Of a stretch of DNA of 32,000 nt, positions 22,551 to 31,106 are shown in pieces (position 1 is the first letter of the stretch; each line of letters opens with the position of its first letter). This DNA comes from Ruthenibacterium lactatiformans. Lineage in GTDB: Bacteria > Bacillota > Clostridia > Oscillospirales > Ruminococcaceae. The position numbers and the translations under genes were made by a program. The DNA is taken from assembly GCF_000949455.1 (NCBI RefSeq), contig NZ_JXXK01000020.1:10314-42313 (forward strand), read 5' to 3'. The notes below the pieces were generated by a model that was not told the origin of the DNA, ran no database searches, and saw only the letters and a list, made by a program, of their open reading frames with translations.

Positions 22551-23435
22551 TCAGCGGCCGATAGCGATGCCGGTCAATTTCTCGTAATACTGGGCGATGG
22601 CGCTGTGGTCGGCCTGACCCTTACCGTTGTTGTGGAGCCATTGCAGGATTTCCTGCACACCGGCGGTCATGGGCAGGGGAGCCCCCACGGTGTGTGCGCA
22701 GTCCAGAGCGTTGTTCAGGTCCTTGATGTGAAGATCAATCTTGAAGCCGGGCTTGTCGTTGCCGGCAATCATCATGGGGGCCTTGGCGTTCATAACGGTG
22801 GAACCAGCCAGACCACCGCGAATGGCTTCAAAAACCAGCTGCGGATCCACACCGGCCTTCTGAGCCAGGGTCAAAGCCTCGGCCAGGGCTTGAATGTTGC
22901 AGGCCACAATGATTTGGTTGGCCAGCTTAGTGGTATTGCCGGCACCCACAGCACCGCAGCGAACCACGCTGGCACCCATGGTCTCCAGCAAGGGCTTGTA
23001 GGCGTCAAAGACATCCTGCTTGCCGCCAACCATGAAAGAGAGGGTGCCGTCGATGGCCTTGGGTTCACCGCCGGAAACGGGGGCGTCCAGCATTTCAATG
23101 TTCTTTTCGGCCAGTACAGCGGCAATCTCCTGAGAAGCGACCGGGTTGATGGAGCTCATGTCGATGAAGGTGGTGCCGGGACGCATATGGGCGGCAACAC
23201 CGTCTTCACCCAGCATGACCGCTTTCACCTGGGGAGAGTTGGGAAGCATGGTCAGCACAACATCGCAGTTTTCGCCAATCTCGGCGTTGGTGGCGGCTTT
23301 GGCTCCGGCGGCCACCACTTCATCCACGGCAGCCTGGTTCAGATCGCTGACCAGCAGGTCGGTGTAGCCTGCCTTGAGCATGTTTTTTGCCATGGGCTTG
23401 CCCATGATTCCCAGACCAATCAAACCGATTTTCAT
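22551..23435 (-). CDS. garR: 2-hydroxy-3-oxopropionate (tartronate semialdehyde) reductase / beta-hydroxyacid dehydrogenase family
   Basis: Near-colinear with E. coli GarR as recalled: MKIGLIGLGIMGKPMAKNMLKAGY, TMLPNSP, DAPVSGGEPKAIDGTLSFMVGG, GAGNTTKLANQIIVA, RGGLAGSTV, PGFKIDLHIKDL, DHSA..YYEKL. A YihU/GlxR-type specificity cannot be excluded. Confidence 0.8.
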   Translation of the reverse strand: MKIGLIGLGIMGKPMAKNMLKAGYTDLLVSDLNQAAVDEVVAAGAKAATNAEIGENCDVVLTMLPNSPQVKAVMLGEDGVAAHMRPGTTFIDMSSINPVASQEIAAVLAEKNIEMLDAPVSGGEPKAIDGTLSFMVGGKQDVFDAYKPLLETMGASVVRCGAVGAGNTTKLANQIIVACNIQALAEALTLAQKAGVDPQLVFEAIRGGLAGSTVMNAKAPMMIAGNDKPGFKIDLHIKDLNNALDCAHTVGAPLPMTAGVQEILQWLHNNGKGQADHSAIAQYYEKLTGIAIGR

Positions 23436-23490
23436 AAATGATACACTCCTTTTGTTTGTGATAGGCTTACAGCAATAGGGACAAGAAAAA

Positions 23491-25263
23491 TTATCGCTTG
23501 CCCGCTTGTTGTTTGGCTTTTTTGGCGTCTTTCTTTGCCTGCTTTTTGGCCCGGCGTGCCAGAACCTTGTTGTTCAGTGTGTCGAAGTCCTTGCCGGTAC
23601 GGGCGCAATATTCTTTCAGTTCCCGAATGCGGACTTCCTCTGCCTTGCGACGGAGTTCTTCCTGCTCACGGCGCTCCAGCTCATAGGAGGGGATGTACTC
23701 GATGCCCTTGGCCTCGCATTCGGCACGATGGCGCTCCTGCAGATCATGGGTAATAGTATCCATCTTGTCCTCAATGTCAAAGAAGAAACGGAAGAGGATG
23801 AAAGCCAGCACCCCCACCAGCAGCAAACTGCCCTGATAGGAAAAGTTGATCCAGGCGGTGGCGGCGGCAGGCTGATCCGCGTACAGAGCGATGCCCTCGG
23901 CGGATTCGCCAATCTTTTCGGGGGTGGCGTAGCCAGTGAGCATCAGGCCCAAGTTGAACAATCCCTGGCCGATACCTGCAGAAGCGGCAGTCACAAAACC
24001 AACCAGGGCACCGGTAGCGCCGTCACAGCGGATGCCAGTTTTCCATTCCACATGATCGATGGTGTCGCCCAGGAAGGAAAGATAGGTGTAAACGAAGGCC
24101 AGGTTGCCGATGCACATGACAGCGGTGCCGGCGTAGACAGGCAGGGTGTGACCGGCGTTGAGCAGGGCCACAGTGGAACCGACGATGGAGAAGATGGAGC
24201 AGACCCAGATGCTTCTGCGGCGGCCCAGCTTTTTGACGAGAGGAATCAGCAGGATGATGCCGGGGCCCATGGGGGACATGGCAATCATCTGGAACTTTGC
24301 CTGGATGGCTGCGTACTGGCCGTAGGCATTGCCCTGCACAACCCAGCCGGAATAGTAGATCAGGGACATGTCGCGCAGATTGTTGAACACCTGGTAGACC
24401 AGAATCAGGATAATCAGCAGAATCCAGTACCGGCTCTGAAGGCAGGCTTTGATTTGCTTGGCGAAGGGAGCCTCCGGTACAGCGGTGTGGGTCTCACTCA
24501 AAGCGGCATGGGTGCTGCGGCGCTCCTCGGTTACGCGTTCACGGGTATAGAAGTACTGCAGGAAGGTCAGCGGCACCGTGACGCAACAGACAAGGGCCAT
24601 GCAGGCCAGGTAACTCTGGCGGTAGTTGTCTCCCATCATGGCGCCCACCGAGGTCATGATCAGCGGGAAGAAGATGGAAATCATACCCACGCCCAGGTTT
24701 TTGGCCATCTGGCCGGCCATGGAATTGTTTTTGCGATGGTCTGTGTTGCGGCTGGACAGCGAGGCGGAAAGCTGATAGGCCATGTTCCACATGGTGTAGC
24801 CCACCGAGTAGAACAGGTTATAGGAGATGAAAATCCACACGGCCTGCAGCTGAGGGCTGGCAACCGGCACGCTGAACAGCATCAGGATGCTGACCACCAG
24901 AATCGGCAAAGAAAGGAGAAACCAGGGCCGCAGTTTTCCCTGACGGCAGACAGTGGAGTCGATCAGGCGACTCATGAGAACATTGGTGGTGGCATCAATG
25001 ACCTTGGTGAGCACCGGGAAGATGACCATGAAAATGGCAATCCATGCTCCGCGGGAAGCTGTAAAGCCCATGATGTCGGTCAGGTATTGGTTGTAGTAGC
25101 TGTTGACGACCGAGTACATCAGCATGACGCCAAAGGGGCCGAAAACATAGCCCAGCCACATTTCTTTCGCACGGACGTTGGCTGATCGGATGCGGGAATT
25201 CCAGATGTTGCCCTTGAATGCGTTTGCCAGAACGCCTTTGTGGGCAGCGGTTTCAGTAGCCAT
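23491..25263 (-). CDS. Glycoside-pentoside-hexuronide (GPH) family cation symporter with a charged C-terminal tail
   Basis: About 12 hydrophobic segments. The N-terminal MWLGYVFGPFG..NSYYNQYLTD is typical of GPH/MFS_2 transporters. The last ~95 aa (23494-23778) are Lys/Glu/Arg-rich. RBS GAAGGAGG lies upstream. Confidence 0.8.
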   Translation of the reverse strand: MATETAAHKGVLANAFKGNIWNSRIRSANVRAKEMWLGYVFGPFGVMLMYSVVNSYYNQYLTDIMGFTASRGAWIAIFMVIFPVLTKVIDATTNVLMSRLIDSTVCRQGKLRPWFLLSLPILVVSILMLFSVPVASPQLQAVWIFISYNLFYSVGYTMWNMAYQLSASLSSRNTDHRKNNSMAGQMAKNLGVGMISIFFPLIMTSVGAMMGDNYRQSYLACMALVCCVTVPLTFLQYFYTRERVTEERRSTHAALSETHTAVPEAPFAKQIKACLQSRYWILLIILILVYQVFNNLRDMSLIYYSGWVVQGNAYGQYAAIQAKFQMIAMSPMGPGIILLIPLVKKLGRRRSIWVCSIFSIVGSTVALLNAGHTLPVYAGTAVMCIGNLAFVYTYLSFLGDTIDHVEWKTGIRCDGATGALVGFVTAASAGIGQGLFNLGLMLTGYATPEKIGESAEGIALYADQPAAATAWINFSYQGSLLLVGVLAFILFRFFFDIEDKMDTITHDLQERHRAECEAKGIEYIPSYELERREQEELRRKAEEVRIRELKEYCARTGKDFDTLNNKVLARRAKKQAKKDAKKAKQQAGKR

Positions 25264-25306
25264 GGGGTTCCTCCTTCATATTGATACGGGTTTTATTGCG
25301 TCGTGC

Positions 25307-27283
25307 TCAAGTGGATTGTTCGAACACGATTGCTTCATAGTCCTGAAGAAGATCCAGCGTGAGGAGCAGTTCCTTCCCGGTCGTGCGGCAGACGACCTGT
25401 CCGCCGCGCAGAGTATGCACCGAGGAAAAGACCATATCAGGCAGTTTCAGGGATATGTCGTGTACCGGCACAGGATCTCGCCAGGCAGCGCCGCAGCAGC
25501 CTCCGGCGTTGATCAGCTGTACCACGGTACGTCCCTGCCCGGCAGCCAGAACGACCTCCACCATGGGGGAAAGGTCGGGCGCTACACTCACGGCACCGCA
25601 GAGCTCAAACAGAACGTCCTGTAAGAATCGCAGGGGATTTTCGGTGCCCAGTGTTTCGCAGAGGGCCGCTCCCTTCCACGGCAGCCAAAGGCTTTGCCCG
25701 CTTCCGCAGAAGGTGCGCAGCAGACCGGGAATCTCCTCCCGCACATCGCCTACCCAGCATTCTTCCGGCGGGCCCAGAGGGCTTTCCGGAACAAGATGCA
25801 GCCAGGTCTGGGTATCCGGGCCGGGCTGTACCTTCCACAATTCCGGGCCGGGGTCCAGCCATGGAGTGCTGCGGCAGCTGGGAAAATCGTCTGCCTGTTC
25901 AGGGGGAATCTCCCACATGGAAGAACGCAGTCCCTGACGGGTTTCGGTCACCTTTGCCCCGCCCAGGCAGGTCAAAGGGGCACTGCCTGGTCCCTGGGCT
26001 GTGGCCCCGGTGATCAGCAGGGTGCCGCCTGCCAGCACAAAGGCGTCCAGAGCACCGGCCTGAGACTCACTCAGCCGGGGGGCGTCCGGCAGGATGACCA
26101 GCGTTTTGCCGTTCAAAAGAGAGGTGTCTTTCAGCTCTGAAAGGGGCAACTCGTCAAAAGGAATGTGGCTTTCAGTAAGGATGCGTACCCAGCCCATTTC
26201 CTCGGCACTCATGCGTTTCCAGCTGCCGCTATGGAGTATCACCGTCCGGGCCAGGCTGTGCAGGCCGGTCAGAATGCCGGCGTGCTGCTGATGGAAACGA
26301 AAAACTTCCCGGGTGGCCTTCAGCCCGGCGGTATCACGGGCTGCGTCCAGCGTGCCCATGAGGTAGAGGCTCACACAACCGGAATTGGCCAGGCTCTGCC
26401 ATTGGCGCAGAGCCATAAGACCGGGCGGGGGAGCAATGTACCGGTGGGGAAAGCCCAGAAATCCCACACTGGCGGTATCGCTAGGACGCGTCCGACCTGG
26501 CCCGGCGGCGATCCGGGCGTTGCTGGAAGCTTTGTACACCCAGTTGGGGCAGTCGTAATCCAGGCTTACCTCGCTGCGGGCAAAGTCTACTCCGTCCAGG
26601 GCCAGTTCAGGGTTCAGCTTTTTCAAGAAAGAGGTGAGTTTTGCTTTATGCTGCGCGCCGCAGCGGGCCAGAAAAGCAATGTAAGGGCCCATGGCTGGGT
26701 CGCGCAAGGAAAGCCCGGGGGCAAGAGAACGACCGGTGGCCTGTTGGTACAGGGTTCGGCAGCGTTCACACTGGCAAACACCGTGGACCTTGCCATCGTA
26801 ATCGGTGATGAAAAAGCTGCTCATATTGCAGTACAGCCCATCGAAAGGATGGGTGGTAAACAACTCTTCCAGCACCTGGAACATGGCTTCGTTCTGGTAG
26901 TCGCTGTTGGGGCAGACGCTGACGTAACCGTGGTAGTCTACGATACTGCCGTCTCCCAAACGGGCGGCCCAGCCGGGATGCTGCTCATATACATCCCGGC
27001 GGATGCGGGAAAAGTCGGTACGTGCAATGACCCGGATGCCATGCCGGTGGCAGGCGTCCACCATTTCCAGCAGGCTGTTTCCAGTGATATACCGGCTTCT
27101 GGGCTGAAAATCCAGTTTGGTGGGGTAGCTGGCGATGATGCCTGCTGCGTTGAGATTGACCACTGTTGCGCCGAAACTTTCCAGACTGCGGGCAAATCTT
27201 TCGGCATCCATCTCTGCCATGGCTCGTTCAGGCAGGTTGGTCTGTACCATACGCCAAGGGGTATCCTGCCACCAGTGCGCCAT
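25307..27283 (-). CDS. Putative glycoside hydrolase, GH42-related (GHL6 / beta-galactosidase-trimerisation-domain type)
   Basis: The N-terminal WW..PWRMVQTNLPE...AAGIIASYPTKL...HGIRVIARTDFS pattern matches this type. A Cys cluster (C124 plus CQCERC at 26759-26776) resembles the GH42 zinc site. The family call is from memory. Confidence 0.6.
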   Translation of the reverse strand: MAHWWQDTPWRMVQTNLPERAMAEMDAERFARSLESFGATVVNLNAAGIIASYPTKLDFQPRSRYITGNSLLEMVDACHRHGIRVIARTDFSRIRRDVYEQHPGWAARLGDGSIVDYHGYVSVCPNSDYQNEAMFQVLEELFTTHPFDGLYCNMSSFFITDYDGKVHGVCQCERCRTLYQQATGRSLAPGLSLRDPAMGPYIAFLARCGAQHKAKLTSFLKKLNPELALDGVDFARSEVSLDYDCPNWVYKASSNARIAAGPGRTRPSDTASVGFLGFPHRYIAPPPGLMALRQWQSLANSGCVSLYLMGTLDAARDTAGLKATREVFRFHQQHAGILTGLHSLARTVILHSGSWKRMSAEEMGWVRILTESHIPFDELPLSELKDTSLLNGKTLVILPDAPRLSESQAGALDAFVLAGGTLLITGATAQGPGSAPLTCLGGAKVTETRQGLRSSMWEIPPEQADDFPSCRSTPWLDPGPELWKVQPGPDTQTWLHLVPESPLGPPEECWVGDVREEIPGLLRTFCGSGQSLWLPWKGAALCETLGTENPLRFLQDVLFELCGAVSVAPDLSPMVEVVLAAGQGRTVVQLINAGGCCGAAWRDPVPVHDISLKLPDMVFSSVHTLRGGQVVCRTTGKELLLTLDLLQDYEAIVFEQST

Positions 27284-27385
27284 ATGATTTCCTCCTTTTT
27301 GGTAATTCGCCGTGGATTTGACAAAATCCCTTGGCTATGGTTTGATAAATATAAAAAATTGCTTCGTTTTTGGGAGGTGCCTGAC

Positions 27386-28600
27386 GTGCAGGAACGCATC
27401 CGTTTGTATCTTGACCTGATCGCGTGCAGCCAGCCGCTTTTATACTGGCGATACGACGCCAAGGGAAATCTGCTGGAAAGCACATGCCCGACCGAGAAGA
27501 TGCTGGACGATGTCTTTCGCGCAACGGGGGCACTGGACGAGGCTCTGCACAATGAGTCGGGTCTGCCCATGATTCTGGGCAGCAACTCGTTGCTGCGGTG
27601 GATCGCGGAGCGGAACGCCGGCGAAACGGATGACGTCTCGCTGCATGTGCTGGGACCGTTTTTCGCCAATGAGGTGCGCACCGAAGGGGTAAAGTGGTTT
27701 GTCCGCCAGGCCCATCTCTCCGACTCGGAACCGTGGAACCGGGCTTTGACGGATACACTGCTGTCCCTGCCGGCGCTATCGGTACAGTTTTACTGTCAGT
27801 ACGCACTGATGCTGCACTTCCTGCTTACCGGGAATCGGGTGACGGTGGGAGAAATCCAGTATTCACTGGAAGGAATGGAAGCGGTGCCCGCCGATTTTTC
27901 CAACCTGAAAATCCATACCAAGCCCAAAGACCGCAAGGAGGTTTATCGGTTGGAGCGGGCGCTGCTCAACGCTGTGCGGGAAGGTGATGTGGAGGGCGTT
28001 TCGGCGATGTCCCTTGCGGGACACACCGCGCGGGTACGACAGTATACCAACGACCCTCTTCGCAATATGCAGATCGCCTGTACCACTTTCGTTACTTTGT
28101 GTACCCGCGCCGCCATCGAAGGCGGACTTTCCACGACCATGAGCTACTCGCTGGGAGATGCTTACATCAAAAGTATCTTTTTGGCTAAGAGCAGTGCCGA
28201 GGTACAGGACATCAAAGACCAGATGTATCGGGATTTTATTACCCGGGTGCATAACTGCCGGCACAATCCCGAATACTCCAATATGGTGCAAAGTTGCTGC
28301 GATTACATTGAATTACATGTTGCGGAGCCTTTGAGTATCGAAACTTTAGCGGCTCGAATGGGCTATGCAAAGTATTATCTCTCTACCCGGTTCAAAAAGG
28401 AAACGGGGGTCTCGGTGGGAAACTACATCAAGTTTGCTCGCATTGAGAGGGCGAAGCTCTTGTTGGCAACAACGGACAAAGATATTGCCGAGATTGCCGA
28501 AGAGACAGGATTTGCGTCCCGTAGCTTTTTCTCCAACACGTTTAAGCGCTGTTTAGGAATGACTCCGGCAGCCTACCGCCGGAATATGGCCAGCATGTGA
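27386..28600 (+). CDS. AraC-family transcriptional regulator
   Basis: GTG start lies 8 nt after GGGAGG. The C-terminal double HTH is ...LSIETLAARMGYAKYYLSTRFKKETG...IAEIAEETGFASRSFFSNTFKRCLGMTPAAYRR. The ORF-track start at 26165 is a shadow extension across the divergent gene. Confidence 0.85.
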   Translation: MQERIRLYLDLIACSQPLLYWRYDAKGNLLESTCPTEKMLDDVFRATGALDEALHNESGLPMILGSNSLLRWIAERNAGETDDVSLHVLGPFFANEVRTEGVKWFVRQAHLSDSEPWNRALTDTLLSLPALSVQFYCQYALMLHFLLTGNRVTVGEIQYSLEGMEAVPADFSNLKIHTKPKDRKEVYRLERALLNAVREGDVEGVSAMSLAGHTARVRQYTNDPLRNMQIACTTFVTLCTRAAIEGGLSTTMSYSLGDAYIKSIFLAKSSAEVQDIKDQMYRDFITRVHNCRHNPEYSNMVQSCCDYIELHVAEPLSIETLAARMGYAKYYLSTRFKKETGVSVGNYIKFARIERAKLLLATTDKDIAEIAEETGFASRSFFSNTFKRCLGMTPAAYRRNMASM

Positions 28601-28671
28601 CTATCCCAAAACAACATCCGTCTGTGATGCAGGGGCGGATGCCCTTGGTTTCGACACGTTTACTGTAACAC

Positions 28672-28714
28672 AAAAACAGGAGACTGGATATTTCCAGTCT
28701 CCTGTTTTTGTTTC
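28672..28714. terminator. Bidirectional-looking intrinsic terminator after the AraC gene
   Basis: AAAAA-CAGGAGACTGGA-TATT-TCCAGTCTCCTG-TTTTT. Confidence 0.8.
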
Positions 28715-28740
28715 TGAATTTCATTTATTCTTCTATTGTG

Positions 28741-28753
28741 TATAATGCAGAAA
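28741..28753 (+). repeat. Direct repeat copy 1 (TATAATGCAGAAA), also an extended -10-like box (TGTGTATAAT)
   Basis: 12 of 13 nt are identical to 28803-28815. Confidence 0.5.
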
Positions 28754-28802
28754 CATTATATCGAATCCAGAACTATCAAAGAGCCTGTTTGACCTGCTAC
28801 AA

Positions 28803-28815
28803 TACAATGCAGAAA
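28803..28815 (+). repeat. Direct repeat copy 2 (TACAATGCAGAAA)
   Basis: 12 of 13 nt are identical to 28741-28753. It lies 62 bp downstream, upstream of the GH2 gene. Confidence 0.5.
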
Positions 28816-28876
28816 GCTGGCATGGCGCGGAGCCGTCACCGGAAACAGGATATTTAGCCAGGAAAGGAATGTACAT

Positions 28877-31090
28877 ATGAGAAAAAAAGAAACGCTGGCC
28901 ACTGGCTGGTATTTCATGCGCCAGGATGTTGGTGCCGCACTGACACTGGCCCATGGAAGCGCTGTGGTTTTACCCCATACCTGGAACGCCGAAGATGGAA
29001 CCGACGGTGGCAACGATTACTACCGGGGAAGCTGCTGGTATGTAAAGAAATTTGAGGTCCCGGTCCTGGTCGGGTCGGAGGAACTTTGGGCAGAGTTTGA
29101 AGGGATTGCCATGACAGCAGAGGTATTCTGCAACGGCAAAAGTCTGGCCACCCATGCAGGCGGCTATTCCACCTTTCGGGTGAATTTGACACCGGTGCTT
29201 CAGCATGGAGAAAATCTGCTGGCTGTCAGGGTGGACAATAGCGAAAATGATACCGTATATCCCCAGAAGGCCGATTTTACCTTCTACGGAGGCATTTACC
29301 GTCCGGTGCATTTTATTACCGTCCCCAAAGCTCACTTTGCCCTGGGGTACCATGGCAGCACTGCACTGAAGGTGACGCCAGATGTGGACTTGCATTGTCG
29401 CCGCGCCAGGATCACGGTGGAAGCCTTTGCGGAAAACGCAGAAGGGGAGACGGTGACCTTCTCCGGCGCAGGACAGACCTTCTGCGCGACGGTGGAGGCG
29501 GGACTGGCCAAGAGTGTGTTCGTGATTGAAAATGTCCATCTATGGGATGGCGTGGAAGATCCTTATCTTTATACGCTCACCGCAAGCCTTTCCAGCGGGG
29601 ACAGCATTTCGGCTCAATTTGGCTGCCGGACGATCGGGTTTGATGCCGAAAAAGGATTTATACTGAACGGTCGGCCGTATCGTCTGTGCGGCGCTGCCCG
29701 GCACCAGGACCGCCAGAGGATTGGCAGCGCACTGACGGATGCGGAACACGATGAGGATATGGCTCTTTTGCGAGAGATGGGGGCCAATACGGTGCGGTTG
29801 GCCCACTATCAGCATGCGCAGCACTTTTATGACCTGTGCGATACGTACGGCATGATTGTGTGGGCGGAGATCCCTTACATTACAAAACATATGGAGAATG
29901 GTCGGGCAAATACCATCTCCCAGATGACGGAGCTCATCGTACAAAATTACAACCATCCTTCCATCGTCTGCTGGGGACTGTCCAACGAGATCACTGCTTC
30001 CGGCGGTGTCACCCCCAATATGGTAGAAAACCACAAGGAACTCAACGATCTCTGTCACCGGCTGGATCCCACCCGGCCTACGACGATGGCTCACGCGTTC
30101 ATGCTGGATATGGACGACCCCTTTGTACGGGTGACAGATATCCGCAGCTATAACCTCTATTATGGCTGGTATCTGGGGGAGCTGGAACAAAATGATCAAT
30201 TCTTTGATGACTTTCATCGAAAGTATCCCCGGGAGGTTATTGGGCTGTCGGAGTACGGCGCTGACGCCAACCCTGCCTACCAGAATGGTCACCCGGAAAA
30301 GGGCGACTGGAGCGAACCCTACCAGGCCTTGTACCACGAACACATGCTTGCCATGTGGTCAAAGCGCCCTTACATCTGGGCTATGCATTGCTGGAATATG
30401 TTTGACTTTGCCGCTGACGGTCGCAATGAGGGCGGAAAACCGGGTCAGAACCAGAAAGGTCTGGTAACATTCGACCGCCGCACCAAAAAGGATGCGTTCT
30501 ACATTTACAAGGCCTACCTGAGCAAAGAGCCTTTCGTACATCTGTGCGGCCGGCGTTACATCGACCGGCCGGAGGACGTTACCGAGGTTAAGGTATACTC
30601 CAATCAGAGCAGTGTCACTTTGCTTGTGGATGGCCGAGAGCTGGAAACCAGGAAGGGGGACAAGATTTTTATCTTCCAGGTCCCCTTGACCGGGGAGCAT
30701 ACCATTGAGGCCCGCAGCGGCGAGCTTGCCGATTCGATTACCGTCCGCAAGGTGGATCAGGCAAATCCCGCCTACCGGGTTGAGGGTGGCGAGGTGGTCA
30801 ACTGGTTCGACCGCCCGGACGAAGTCCTGCGGGAAGGGTATTACTCCATTCTGGACACCATGGAGGAAATCCGGAAAAGCCCTGCCGGTGCAGGACTGCT
30901 GGCCCGAATGATGGCCAAGGTTGCCGCCGGATATGGCGATGTAGCCAGGAGTGTCACCTTGCCCGAAGCGGTGCGGCGCCAGATGGATCAAATGCCTTTG
31001 GAAAAATTGCTGAAACAGGCGGGAAAGACGGTCACTCCCGCTATGGTCAAACAGCTCAACGCAGCGCTCAACCAGATTCCAAAAGCCTGA
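28877..31090 (+). CDS. Glycoside hydrolase family 2 enzyme (beta-galactosidase/beta-glucuronidase type with C-terminal accessory domains)
   Basis: LPHTWN, YYRGSCWY, acid/base context NHPSIVCWGLSNE (~29951-29989), nucleophile context GLSEYG (~30242-30259), and WNMFDFA...NQKGLVTFDRRTKKDAFY. Confidence 0.9.
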   Translation: MRKKETLATGWYFMRQDVGAALTLAHGSAVVLPHTWNAEDGTDGGNDYYRGSCWYVKKFEVPVLVGSEELWAEFEGIAMTAEVFCNGKSLATHAGGYSTFRVNLTPVLQHGENLLAVRVDNSENDTVYPQKADFTFYGGIYRPVHFITVPKAHFALGYHGSTALKVTPDVDLHCRRARITVEAFAENAEGETVTFSGAGQTFCATVEAGLAKSVFVIENVHLWDGVEDPYLYTLTASLSSGDSISAQFGCRTIGFDAEKGFILNGRPYRLCGAARHQDRQRIGSALTDAEHDEDMALLREMGANTVRLAHYQHAQHFYDLCDTYGMIVWAEIPYITKHMENGRANTISQMTELIVQNYNHPSIVCWGLSNEITASGGVTPNMVENHKELNDLCHRLDPTRPTTMAHAFMLDMDDPFVRVTDIRSYNLYYGWYLGELEQNDQFFDDFHRKYPREVIGLSEYGADANPAYQNGHPEKGDWSEPYQALYHEHMLAMWSKRPYIWAMHCWNMFDFAADGRNEGGKPGQNQKGLVTFDRRTKKDAFYIYKAYLSKEPFVHLCGRRYIDRPEDVTEVKVYSNQSSVTLLVDGRELETRKGDKIFIFQVPLTGEHTIEARSGELADSITVRKVDQANPAYRVEGGEVVNWFDRPDEVLREGYYSILDTMEEIRKSPAGAGLLARMMAKVAAGYGDVARSVTLPEAVRRQMDQMPLEKLLKQAGKTVTPAMVKQLNAALNQIPKA

Positions 31091-31106
31091 ACAGGAGATG
31101 TCTGAT

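Noticed and set aside
22551-25263. GarR-like reductase + GPH transporter read as a sulfoquinovose (YihU/YihO-like) pathway
   Set aside because: No sulfoquinovosidase, isomerase, kinase or aldolase homologues are present. The reductase aligns closely with GarR as recalled, so there is no specific support.
26165-27385. N-terminal 407-aa extension of the AraC ORF on the ORF track
   Set aside because: It runs antisense through the GH42-like gene and across the divergent promoter region. A GTG with a GGGAGG RBS at 27386 gives a normal-length AraC protein.
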